Shown here: positions 43,943 through 53,984 of the stretch, piece after piece
Layout: each line of letters opens with the position of its first letter
Numbering within the stretch: position 1 is the first letter of the stretch
NCBI GenBank assembly: GCA_965219415.1
Contig: CBDCNP010000002.1
Location: 2,560,001 to 2,624,000, forward strand
Direction of reading: 5' to 3'
DNA length: 64,000 bases
Source of the DNA: Candidatus Marinacidobacterales bacterium
Lineage (GTDB): Bacteria > Acidobacteriota > Vicinamibacteria > Marinacidobacterales > DATDRI01
The notes under the pieces: generated by a model
The model's input: only the letters and a program-made list of their open reading frames with translations
What the model was told of the DNA's origin: nothing
Databases searched by the model: none
Made by a program: the position numbers and the translations under genes

Positions 43943-46905
43943 TCGATCACGAACTCCACGGCCAGAATACGGGTCCTTTCTGGCGAGGCGTATCGACGAT
44001 CGAACGCGTGCTGCTTCCACCGCTGATAATCCGTATCGTCGCGGGCTTCGAGCTTCGCAATACGTGTTTCGAGTTCTTCGAGCTTTTTCTCGAGCTCTGC
44101 GAGCTTCTTGGTGGGCCCGTCGCGGGCGTCGGGACCTAGGGCGGCATCACGTTTCGCCTCCGACTCTCGCATGCGAGCCTTCACATGCTCTTGCTCTCTG
44201 CGAAGGACCAGCACCTGGTCATCCATGAATCGCTCGAGTTGCTCCATGGTGCGTTCGAAGTGCTGCTGTTCTGCGGCTTCGACGCGAGCCTGGTCAAGAA
44301 ATATGCTTTCCTCAATCGCGTCTTCGATATCCTCGTCCGTCACCGACAAAGGCGGCGTAAACGCATTGATACTCTCCGCCTCCAGTGACAGCACGGGACT
44401 GATCAGCTCCGGCGCGACGGCGACGTCGGTGTCTTCAAGGGTCAGACTCGGCACCAAATGCTCCACGGCCTCAACACCGTCATATTTCACCTTCGTGACG
44501 GCCAAGTACCCGCGTTTGTGGCGGTATTCGTCCAGCGGATCGCCTAACTTGTCGTTCAGCTTGAAACGCACTCGGAGGCGACCCTCTGTGGCGGCTCTGG
44601 ACTCCTCCAAAGCAGCACGAACCAATGGATGGCCCAGATGCACCGGGTCAGTGTCCTCCAGGTCCTTAGCATGTCCAATGGCCACCTGCGCGCCCTCGCG
44701 CAGTTCTTCCGGTAGAGCCGGCGATGCGGAAAGCTCGAGGAAGATCCTACCGTCCTTCGTCGTCCGCTCGAAGGGCGCGTTGATCGCGGTCAAGTAGCCG
44801 GTCACTACCTCATCAATATCCCGATCCAATTGTGCAAGACTGCTCGGTAACTCTTCCTGGATCTGTCGGAAGACAGCTCTAACCGTCTTGTCGATCCGTG
44901 TCTCGATCAGGCCTCGTGTTCGATCGATCTCCTGCTCGAAGTCGCGCCTTTTGGCCTCCATGGTTTCGCGCAACCCGCGAAGCTCCTCCTCGATCTCCTC
45001 CACCGTTCTCGCGCGTTCGTAGATACGGCGAAGTCGAGACTCGAAATCCGCACCAAGCGCCGTCGTAAGCGTTTCCGGCGTTGATGTCGACGCTTCGTGC
45101 AGTACGACGTCAGATGCGTCGAGCACCGTGCCGAAGAGGTCCAGCTTGTCGCTGAGAATCTCAAAAAGAAGACGTTCGGCTTCGTTGTCTTTGGCGACGA
45201 AGTTAATGACCGTGACGTCGTGTGTCTGACCGTATCGGTGGCACCGTCCGATTCGTTGCTCGATCCGTTGCGGATTCCACGGAAGGTCGTAGTTGATCAG
45301 AGTGTCACAGAACTGAAGGTTCAGTCCTTTTGCGCCGGCCTCGGTTGAGATGAAAATCCGGGACCGTGTTTGAAACTCGTGGACCAGCGCGAGGCGGGCA
45401 GCAACACTTCGGCTCGGGCGACTGTACTTTGGTATATGCTGACCAACTTCCTCGTCCCAGCATTCCAAAGCTTCACTGGCTCTCGGCGACGCATTATCTC
45501 CGCGGAATAACGTGATATCTCGAGGAGCGAAACCGCTCTTAATAAGAATGTCCTTGAGGTGGTCCTGTGTTGTGAGTGACTCCGTAAAGATGACGATCTT
45601 GCCGCTACCTTTGCCTTTTCTCTCCTGGATGAGGCGGACAGCCTCGAGGAGCCGTTCGGCCTTGCCGTCCCGCGGAAGGCGCTCGACGCGTTGAACGAAG
45701 CGCTGAACACGTTCGAGCTCGTCTTGGATCTTCTCTGGGGTCAGCGCAGCCGGTGCCGTCTCCTCGTCCTCGGCTAGTGGGGGTAGCTCGTCTTCGAGAT
45801 CCAACGCGAAATCACGGACGCTTTCGCTGAGACGATGCGGAGTGACGCCAGCGAGCATTCTCTCCAGTCGTTCCGCAACCTTGCGCAGACTCGCGGCCAG
45901 GGCCGCAAGCGAGGAAGCCATGAGGCGGTGGAAACTGATAAGGAGAAGTTGCCTCTGATTGCCACTAAAGGCACAGATGTTGGGCTCAAGGAGATATCGA
46001 GTCACATCGTCGTAGACCTGGCGTTCCTCCGGACTCATTCGGTACTCGAGCAAAAGTGCTCGGCGGTCAACAAAGGGTTTGTCTAAGAACTCCTGGGCCT
46101 GGCGACGAAGCGTGCGCTGGCAAATGCGGCTGATGCGTCGCCGCAGCTCATGGGCTTGGTCGACCACGAGCGACCGATCGTCACCGTCGCAGAACACCTC
46201 GCGGAAGGTTGCGAGGTTTCCAAGCAGAGTACCCGTTGGCTCGATCCATTGCGTTAGGCCCCAGAGCTCCACAAGGGAGTTCTGGATGGGTGTTGCTGTG
46301 AGCAGCAACTTGGGTACGTCGGTGAACACCTGACGCACGCGATGCGCCATCTGCGCGTCCTTGGAGTCTTCTTTGTAGAAGCCGTAGCGATCAAACCGCT
46401 TGTGGATGCCCGCAAAAATCTCGTGCGCCTCGTCGATGACACATAGGTCGAAACGCTCGACGGACCGCAAGAGACTCGAGCCCTTTTCACTCCCTGCGAA
46501 ATCGCGAGAGGTAAGAAACACGCCGGGGCCGATGAAAGCGTCCGGGCTCAGCGAGCCCTCCTGGGTCTCGATCCCAAAGAGAGTGTAGAGCTCGTTCTGC
46601 CATTGGCCCAGAAGGGCCTTCGGCAAGATCAGGAGGACCCGTTGCCAACCCTCCGCGAGCAGCTGAGCAATGACCAAACCCGCTTCAATCGTTTTGCCGA
46701 GGCCAACTTCATCTGCAAGAATGCAGCCGCCTTCTGGAATGCGCTCCAATGCGAAGATGACTGCGTTGATTTGATGAGGGTTCGGGTCGATACGGCCACG
46801 GCGCTGGGACGCCGCGTACCGACGATGTTCGCTCGCCCGGCGAAGGCGCACGAGCTCTTCAGCCTGAATGCGGCGATGGATCGGATGCGGTGTCTCTTGA
46901 GACAA
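43939..46905 (-). CDS. SNF2-family helicase/translocase with C-terminal coiled coil
   Basis: ADEVGLGKT, IDEAH, TATPIQN, GLNLQ and YDLPWNPQRIEQRIGRCHRYGQ motifs. Confidence 0.93.
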   Translation of the reverse strand: MSQETPHPIHRRIQAEELVRLRRASEHRRYAASQRRGRIDPNPHQINAVIFALERIPEGGCILADEVGLGKTIEAGLVIAQLLAEGWQRVLLILPKALLGQWQNELYTLFGIETQEGSLSPDAFIGPGVFLTSRDFAGSEKGSSLLRSVERFDLCVIDEAHEIFAGIHKRFDRYGFYKEDSKDAQMAHRVRQVFTDVPKLLLTATPIQNSLVELWGLTQWIEPTGTLLGNLATFREVFCDGDDRSLVVDQAHELRRRISRICQRTLRRQAQEFLDKPFVDRRALLLEYRMSPEERQVYDDVTRYLLEPNICAFSGNQRQLLLISFHRLMASSLAALAASLRKVAERLERMLAGVTPHRLSESVRDFALDLEDELPPLAEDEETAPAALTPEKIQDELERVQRFVQRVERLPRDGKAERLLEAVRLIQERKGKGSGKIVIFTESLTTQDHLKDILIKSGFAPRDITLFRGDNASPRASEALECWDEEVGQHIPKYSRPSRSVAARLALVHEFQTRSRIFISTEAGAKGLNLQFCDTLINYDLPWNPQRIEQRIGRCHRYGQTHDVTVINFVAKDNEAERLLFEILSDKLDLFGTVLDASDVVLHEASTSTPETLTTALGADFESRLRRIYERARTVEEIEEELRGLRETMEAKRRDFEQEIDRTRGLIETRIDKTVRAVFRQIQEELPSSLAQLDRDIDEVVTGYLTAINAPFERTTKDGRIFLELSASPALPEELREGAQVAIGHAKDLEDTDPVHLGHPLVRAALEESRAATEGRLRVRFKLNDKLGDPLDEYRHKRGYLAVTKVKYDGVEAVEHLVPSLTLEDTDVAVAPELISPVLSLEAESINAFTPPLSVTDEDIEDAIEESIFLDQARVEAAEQQHFERTMEQLERFMDDQVLVLRREQEHVKARMRESEAKRDAALGPDARDGPTKKLAELEKKLEELETRIAKLEARDDTDYQRWKQHAFDRRYASPERTRILAVEFVIE

Positions 46906-46945
46906 GACTCTCTTCTAAACCTGTCGAATTAGACGGCGTCAAAAA

Positions 46946-46954
46946 GTCTAGCAT
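46946..46954 (-). promoter_or_regulatory. Possible extended -10 promoter for the SNF2 operon
   Basis: TGCTAGACT (TGn + TAGACT) on the minus strand ~40 nt upstream of the start codon. Confidence 0.35.
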
Positions 46955-46977
46955 GGCTCTCGGAAAGTCGTCTATTT

Positions 46978-47305
46978 CCACAAAGCTGCCTCATAACTAG
47001 CGGCTACTCATTCTCAGACGAGCATCTGAATAGAATCCTTGTGAGCGCGCTTCAGAACCCGACCTTGCAGCTCGTCGTTTACGTTCCCGAAGCGTGCTGC
47101 GACGGTCAGGGTATCGATCTCAGAAACTGCAGCGACTGGGTCCAGCGCGTGGTGGGGCTTGAGTCCCCGCAAGTTACCATTGTCGGTGGCGGTCCAAACG
47201 CCTATTTTAGCGCGTTGGTGGACCACTTGCCGGATCCCGCAATCTACGACGAACCAGCAGCGCGAATCCGGGAGATGATCAAACAGTATCGAGAACGGTC
47301 CACCC
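46978..47305 (+). pseudogene. C-terminal fragment of a SIR2-like (SIR2_2) NADase protein
   Basis: Frame upstream of ORF 47041 reads PQSCLITSGYSFSDEHLNRILVSALQNPTLQLVVY, matching the GYSFxDxHxN motif of defence-type SIR2 proteins. Cut by an A end. Confidence 0.72.
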
Positions 47306-48088
47306 CGTCCTGTGCCAAAACTCGGCCCTTTTGAAATAGACCACAAATCAGCAGCTTAGACGCCCTTGGAATCCGCGCAGAATCGAGGGTATTTCGCGCC
47401 GCAGGGCTGGCTTCCGACCCCTGGGCTGCGGGTGGCGAGCGACAGGCCCACCGGGGGTGCGCACGGCCGGCTCAAATCGGCTGCGGGGCAAGCTACGGGC
47501 AGATGAGAGCGCGAACAAACGACGAAATCATGCAGCCATGGTGCCGGCAGACCGGAGATTAATCAAGTTCGGTGCGCGCGGATGAAAAAATAGAAGGCAC
47601 ACCCAGGCTTTGGGCCGCGAGGCGCTGGCCCAGATTGCGGTGCTTCCGCCATCAAGTGTTGGTGAAATGACGCTAAGACTTTACGGTGCATTAAGTTACA
47701 GCCAAAATAGCGCTCGTGACCTTCGCTGCGCGCTAAATGGAGCGTAAGCGCCTCTTTTGCAAAGGGATGCGTACACATCACCAACAGTAAACAGCGCAAG
47801 CACCAGAGGGCCGAGTTTTGGCACAGGACGGGGTTCAGGGTCGTGTAGCGTCCCGCACTCAGCAATCAAAGCGGCCGCGTGCGGTTTTCGGCGCTCGACT
47901 CAAAGAAAGATTCCTGCATCGGTTGTTTTTGAGCTATACTCAGCATACGTTTAGTCGCATTCCGATCTGCGCCTGACCCGTCGCGGTTATCCCTTCCGGT
48001 TATCCTCGAACGAAATCAACATCAAGTTTTTGCCTAGATCGGCCGGTGCCAGGCACTGGATAGGCTGATTCAGGAGCATTCAATATCT

Positions 48089-49327
48089 ATGTCTTTCGAT
48101 ACTCTCGGCCTGTCCGCCGAGCTACTGCGCGCTGTGGCCGATCAAGGCTACCTCCTTCCCACACCGATTCAACAACTCGCGATTCCACCCATACTTCGTG
48201 GTGATGACGTCATGGCGCGTGCCCAGACGGGTACCGGCAAGACGGCGGGGTTCACGCTGCCGCTTTTGCAGCGCTTGGCCGCGACGCCAGGAACGAGAGG
48301 CCGTCACGTGCTGATCCGCACGTTGATCCTTACGCCGACCCGCGAGCTCGCCGCGCAGGTGCAGCAGAGCGTGAGGACCTACGGACGATACCTACCGTTT
48401 CAATCCACCGTCGTTTACGGCGGCGTCGGCTTCCGCCCGCAAGCACAAATGCTGCGGCGGGGTGTCGATATTCTCGTGGCGACGCCTGGCCGTTTGCTAG
48501 ACCACGTCTCGCAGGGAACCGTCGATCTCTCGAGCGTGAACATCCTTGTCCTGGACGAAGCCGATCGCATGCTCGATATGGGCTTCATCCATGACATCAA
48601 GAAGATTCTCGCTAAGCTTCCGGCGAAACGACAAAATCTTTTGTTCTCCGCGACCTTGTCACCAAAGATCCAGCGACTCGCAGATCGTCTGTTGAACGCT
48701 CCCGCAAGGCTCCAGGTCGAAGCCACGAAACCGACCGTGAACAGCGTGACGCAGACCATCCATCTTGTAGATCGAGGACAGAAGAGCGCGCTGCTCTCTT
48801 TCTTGATTGGAACCGGGAGCTGGAACAAGACTCTCGTCTTCACGCGCACGAAACGAAGGGCCGACCGGCTGACACGGCATCTAAAACAAGACGGAATCCG
48901 TGCGGCCGCGATGCACAGCGACAAGAGCCAGGGTGCCCGGACGCGAACCCTCGCCGACTTCAAGAAAGGTACGGTCTCCACGCTCGTGGCGACGGATATC
49001 GCGGCCCGAGGCCTCGATATCGATCAGCTTCCCCACGTCGTCAACTTCGATCTACCCTACGTTCCTGAGGATTACGTCCACCGCATTGGCCGCACCGCCC
49101 GTGCCGGGAACACAGGTGACGCGGTGTCTCTCGTTTCGAGTGAGGAAGCAGGTCTCTTGAGCGAGATCGAACGTCTACTCGGCAACCGGCTTCCCAAGAA
49201 GGTCGTCGCCGGGTTCGAGCCCCGTCACAGCCATCATGTCCGAAAAAGCGAACGAAGCCGAAAGCTCGAATCCTGGAGGCGTTCTCGACATTCGCTGAGA
49301 CTAGCCGACGAGGCACTGGCTCTGTGA
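48089..49327 (+). CDS. rhlE: DEAD-box RNA helicase RhlE; native C-terminal tail replaced by an E' transposon end from ~49232
   Basis: Q motif, [26 protein letters not shown] and HRIGRTAR motifs. Confidence 0.88.
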   Translation: MSFDTLGLSAELLRAVADQGYLLPTPIQQLAIPPILRGDDVMARAQTGTGKTAGFTLPLLQRLAATPGTRGRHVLIRTLILTPTRELAAQVQQSVRTYGRYLPFQSTVVYGGVGFRPQAQMLRRGVDILVATPGRLLDHVSQGTVDLSSVNILVLDEADRMLDMGFIHDIKKILAKLPAKRQNLLFSATLSPKIQRLADRLLNAPARLQVEATKPTVNSVTQTIHLVDRGQKSALLSFLIGTGSWNKTLVFTRTKRRADRLTRHLKQDGIRAAAMHSDKSQGARTRTLADFKKGTVSTLVATDIAARGLDIDQLPHVVNFDLPYVPEDYVHRIGRTARAGNTGDAVSLVSSEEAGLLSEIERLLGNRLPKKVVAGFEPRHSHHVRKSERSRKLESWRRSRHSLRLADEALAL

Positions 49328-50001
49328 TAGGCGGGCCCGAGCAGAGCTCTCCTAGAGCATCCGTTCCGTCCAACTTGCGCGACCGAACTCCTATGTCGCG
49401 GCGCGGTGGTAATAATTGAGCAAGCCGCTGTTGTGATCCGCAAAAAAGAAGGGTGCTTCCGCCATTAAGTGTTGGTGAGATGACGCTAAGACTTTACGGT
49501 GCATTAAATTACAGCCAAAATAGCGCTCACGACCTTCGCTGCGCGCTAAATGGAGCGTAAGCTCCTTTTTTACAAAGGGATGCGTACATATCACCAACAG
49601 CAAACGGCACAAGCACCTTCCCTCTGGCATCGAGCCACTGAAAAGGAACATTGGTCGATGGATACCAGGCAAGGGCTCTGGCAAAGTTTGAATTGATCGC
49701 TGCCCACCGGTATGCAGATCCGACGAGTTGATTTTCATCGTTCAGAACGATGAGCTGCTTGTCGTCCTGACCCCGACCGCGTCCTGTGCCAAAATCCGGC
49801 TCTTTTGAAATACCATGAACTCAGCAGCTTAGTGTCTGTGTTGGCGACCGGGCCAAGGGCCGTGGGCTTTACAATCGTCTGTCCCGAGGGTGTTATTCGT
49901 CGCAACACTGCGCACCGGTCTTGAGTTCGTTTGTGTTTTCGACACGACGGGCTTCTCACTTAGTTCACTCGAAACCGAGGCCTTGCCATAAAGACAACGT
50001 C

Positions 50002-50690
50002 TCACCACAAGGTGGCCTTGAAGCGGTGATGGCGCGCATAGAAGACATCTTCTCTATCGACGAGAGCCACGCAGATGCCGTGCACCGTCTCGCGCGCATG
50101 CCGGCGCGCCAGAGCCAGCACTCGCTCGCGAAACGCGGGCACCAGGAGATCGCCCAACTCGTCGTCGAATGCGCGGATTCCGAATGCCCGGCGCAACTCT
50201 ACTGGGGTCGACTGAGTAGCTACGTGCATTCCGTAGATCCCTGCCACGTGCACAGTCAATCCATGTCTCTCGGCGAACGCGTTCCAAGCCCGCGTAGCGG
50301 CCGATCGGAGACGTTCCACCAAACTGCCTTTTCGTGTCGTCCCACGGCCACGGTAGCTTCAGCTCACCGCAGAGAAGGACCATCATCGACTTGGCGGCGT
50401 CCGCCAAGAGTTCCAAGCCGATATCTCAGTCGGGTCGATGCCGTCCCATCATGGCCCTGCCAACCAGACTCCAGTTCGCGATCGCCGATTCTCCAGGGTC
50501 CGAACCGGCATGTGGGAATTCCGCGTGTCTACCAAGCAACAGCACATCAATCAGGTACGAAATCAACCGCGCGTCCCTGTCGTCATCCGTCTCCCCGTAC
50601 TGCCGACGGTCTCGATTCACGTCCGCCTGAATCATCCTCCGGGTGTCTCCGTCTGCGGCGAAACGTACGACGTAAATGCAGAACCCGGTC
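50002..50690 (-). pseudogene. Degraded coding remnant(s) of uncertain identity between E ends
   Basis: Protein-like but broken frames; family not recognised. Confidence 0.3.
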
Positions 50691-51129
50691 CAAGGTGTTC
50701 TCGAATTCGCGGAGACCAGCCGACGCGGCGCTGGCTCTGCGATAGGCGAGCCCGAGCGGAGCTTTCCCGTCGTGTCCAAAAATACAGACGAAATCAAGAT
50801 CGGCTCGCCGGGACGTTTCGGAATAGACGTGTCTACGCTTGGTTGGCCGATGGAAGCTAGAATCCTAGGTCATGAGGACGCCGATCCAGCTGTGCCTTCT
50901 ATTTGTTCATCCGCGCGCATCGAACTGGATTAGTCTCCAGTCTGCCGGCATCATGCCTGCATGATTTCGTCGTTTGTTCGCGCGCTCATCGCTGCCCTCA
51001 AGGCTCGTCCCGAGCTAGCTCTCGGGAAAGTCGCTCTTCGCGCGTCTGGAGATTCAGGGTTTAGTCCGACATCTGCTGGTAGCCGCTTCCGGCTCCGTTC
51101 GCGTTTTCAGACACGACGGCCTCAGCGGC

Positions 51130-51389
51130 GGTCCGCTCCCCGTGACCGGTGATCACGAAAGCGGGCGGTAGGTTCAGCCACACGCTGGTCGATTGGACGC
51201 AACAGAAGTAGCGCTTCATAACTGCCCGCATCGAAATACTGAATACACCAGCCATGGAGCCCCATGCGGCTGTGACATATTGGAACTGGGTGATCGTGCC
51301 TTTCTTGCCCAAGTGCGGCAGGAGAGGGCGAAAGAGCGCGTCCACCGACTCCATGTCCATGAAGCTGATGCCCAGAGACGACACGATCC
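51130..51389 (-). pseudogene. C-terminal fragment of a phospholipid N-methyltransferase (PmtA-like)
   Basis: IVSSLG...G.ITQFQY...VWLNLPPAFV; starts at an A terminus. Confidence 0.7.
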
Positions 51390-52817
51390 CGTCCTGTGCC
51401 AAAACTCGGCCCTTTTGAAATAGGCCATAAACCAGCAGCTTAGTGTCTGTGTTTGCGACCGGGCCGAGGGCCGTGGGCTTTACAATCATCTTGGGCGGGC
51501 GGGTCGTCACCATGCAGATGACCACCTAGTCGAGAGCGAATATCCAAGCGTGTTCCTGAAGCTGTTTCCACGCTACGCCGGTCGAGCCCGCCGAGTGGCT
51601 ACCGTCGCCGGCGACAATCTACGCGGCACGGCAGTAGTAGTTGAGAATACCCCCAAGTCGCTCTCGCGACACGATGGGGCCAGCGTCATTCGCGCTTGCC
51701 GGCAGAGGTGTGATGAGCTCGTTGCCGAGACCTTGGTGGTTCCGTTCTGTGTGATAGTGCACTACGTATTCGGTTACCGCTGTGCGCAGGTGTCGCTCAC
51801 TGAGAGGTACGAAGCGGTCGAGACACTCTCGACGTATGGAGAGAACGAATCTTTCCGCATATGCGTTCAGATTCGGACTATTAGCGGGAAGGCGAAGGGG
51901 CTTCACGCCTGAATCTCTCAACAGCCCACGTACCGCCTCGGTGAATAGTGGGTCCCGGTCGTGGATGAGGTATCGCTTGCCAAGGAGGAAACCATCCCAC
52001 AGGTCAGTGAGGTTTCTTGCCACCTGCTTCATCCACTCCCCGTTGGGGTCCGACGTTATCCCACCGATGCACACGCAGCGAGTGGCGATATCGATGACAA
52101 ACAGGACATGGTAGCGGACGAGCCCGAACGGGTTCACCACCTCGACGGGGAACAGGTCTGTCGCAGCAATCGCGCCCCAATGAGCCTTGAGGAAGGTGCT
52201 CCACGACATGCTCCTGCCCCGCTCCGGCGCAGGAGCGATACCGTGCTCGGCGAGGAGCCTCTTGATGGTGTTGCGTCCGAGTTCATGTCCGAGGTTCTTG
52301 AGTGCGCCTCGCAGGCGCGTATATCCCCACGTCGGGTTCTCCTGCGCCACGCGCACAATGAGCTCACGGATGTCCTTCGCCGTCGGAGGTCGGCCTGGGC
52401 TCCGGTTCTTGCTGCCATCGTACTTGACTGCTATGAGGCAGCGGTACCAACGCAGAAGCGTAGCGGGTGTGGCAACGGACGCAATCTGGGCCAGCGCCTC
52501 GCGGCTCAAAGCCTGGGCCTTGACCGCGAGCCTGCGCCGGTCGTCGTCCGAGAGCCTGAGACGCTTGCCCCGAAGCCCGGCTCGGAGCACACGGTTCTCC
52601 TCTTGCTGGTAGTCGATCACATCCTGCTGCTGGCGGTTGACCCAGCCAGCTAGAACGAGCAGTAGGAATTGCACGTGGTACGTCATCATGGATCTGAAGA
52701 TAACACCCTCGGGCTAGACGATTGTAAAGCGCACGGCCCTTGGTCCGGTCGCAAACACAGACACTAAGCTGCTGATTTATGGCCTATTTCAAAAGGGCCG
52801 AGTTTTGGCACAGGACG
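51390..52817 (-). mobile_element. Intact rve (IS481-like/unclassified) insertion sequence, ~1428 bp, ~100-bp TIRs, transposase 51619-52689
   Basis: 356-aa ORF with HTH region ([14 protein letters not shown]), DDE ([17 protein letters not shown]) and RLGGILNYY tail, between two inverted family A repeats. No target duplication. Confidence 0.9.
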
Positions 52818-52819
52818 GG

Positions 52820-53049
52820 CTACCGTCGCTGGCGACAATCTCAAGCGTAACCGCTGACCGAGCTGCGCCTTCAAAACACAGTTCTCCTCCTGCAGATACT
52901 CGAGGATCTTCTGCTGCTCCTGGTTCAGCCAACCGGCCAGGTGCGAGACCAGGAAGATTTGTGGCGAGACAAATGGGCTCATCGCAAGCATCGTAGCGGA
53001 AGTCACTTACGGCTGCGGAAGATGACCGGCCGAATTTTTGCACCATAAG
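52820..53049 (-). mobile_element. Left end and N-terminal fragment of another related rve transposase
   Basis: End TATGGTGCAAAAATTC; FLVSHLAGWLNQEQQKILEYLQEENCVLKAQLG. A similar N-terminal stub lies at 25400-25482. Confidence 0.7.
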
Positions 53050-53051
53050 AC

Positions 53052-53951
53052 CTACTGTAGCACTTGGCGCTGGGCCACGAAGACGCCGCCGAGCATGAGA
53101 GCCCCACCCACGGCCGCCACGGCCCCGAACGACTCACCGAGAAACGGGACCGCCAACGCCGTCGTCGCCAACGGCTCGAGATAAAGAAACAGCCCCGCCT
53201 TCGCCGCCCCGAGCTTGGCCACCCCGACTTGCCAAAACCACTGAGCGAGAGCGACACCGCCGAGCCCGAGGAACACGAGCGCGCCGATAGCATCACCGGG
53301 AAGCGAAGCGAGCGGGGTCCAGCCTTCGAGAACGTAGGGAAGCACCAACCCCACCACCGCAAGCGGCACCGTCATAGCGAACGCGACCACGACTGGATCG
53401 CGGACCCGGCTCAAATCGCGGGTGACGATCGTGTAGATCGCCCATGTGAGCGTCGACAGGAGCGCGAGCCAATCCCCTGCCGACGACAGCCAGTCGAGAC
53501 TGCCGAGCTCGCCACGGGAAACGAGGAGCACGATGCCGAGCGTCGCCATCACGATGCCGACGCGCATGGAAAACGCAATGGGTTCTTTGAGAATCAGTGC
53601 AGCCAAAAGCGCGATGGTCAGAGGCGAGAACGCCACGATCCAGCCGGTGTTGGTCGCCGTGGTGAGCTCGAGTGCCCACGCTTGCAGGAGGAAGTGTCCC
53701 GAGAAGACGACGGCACCGAGGGCGAACGGGCGAGAGAGTTCTCGGTAGCGGAACGAAACGCCGAGCAATCGGGCGATGGCATACAGTGCGGGCGCGCCGA
53801 TGAGAAAGCGGCTCGCCACGAGCTGGATGATGCTCATGTGCTCGAGGCAGACTTTCGTCGCCACGAACGTCCATCCCCAAATGACGATCGCAGCGAGTAA
53901 GAGCACATGGGTCACGGAGAGAAATCGCTTGGAATTCACGAGAATCGCCAT
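53052..53951 (-). CDS. DMT/EamA-family transporter
   Basis: IWGWTFVATK...RF...YLEPL motifs, about 10 TM segments. An IS3 end (53956-53984) lies immediately upstream. Confidence 0.9.
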   Translation of the reverse strand: MAILVNSKRFLSVTHVLLLAAIVIWGWTFVATKVCLEHMSIIQLVASRFLIGAPALYAIARLLGVSFRYRELSRPFALGAVVFSGHFLLQAWALELTTATNTGWIVAFSPLTIALLAALILKEPIAFSMRVGIVMATLGIVLLVSRGELGSLDWLSSAGDWLALLSTLTWAIYTIVTRDLSRVRDPVVVAFAMTVPLAVVGLVLPYVLEGWTPLASLPGDAIGALVFLGLGGVALAQWFWQVGVAKLGAAKAGLFLYLEPLATTALAVPFLGESFGAVAAVGGALMLGGVFVAQRQVLQ

Positions 53952-53984
53952 GATAACAGTCTCCGGAAAACCCGGGGCGGTTCA

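Noticed and set aside
39559-46905. Wadjet, Lamassu, DISARM or BREX
   Set aside because: No JetA/B/D, LmuA/C, methyltransferase, DrmA/B, PglZ or BrxC gene is recognisable in the operon.
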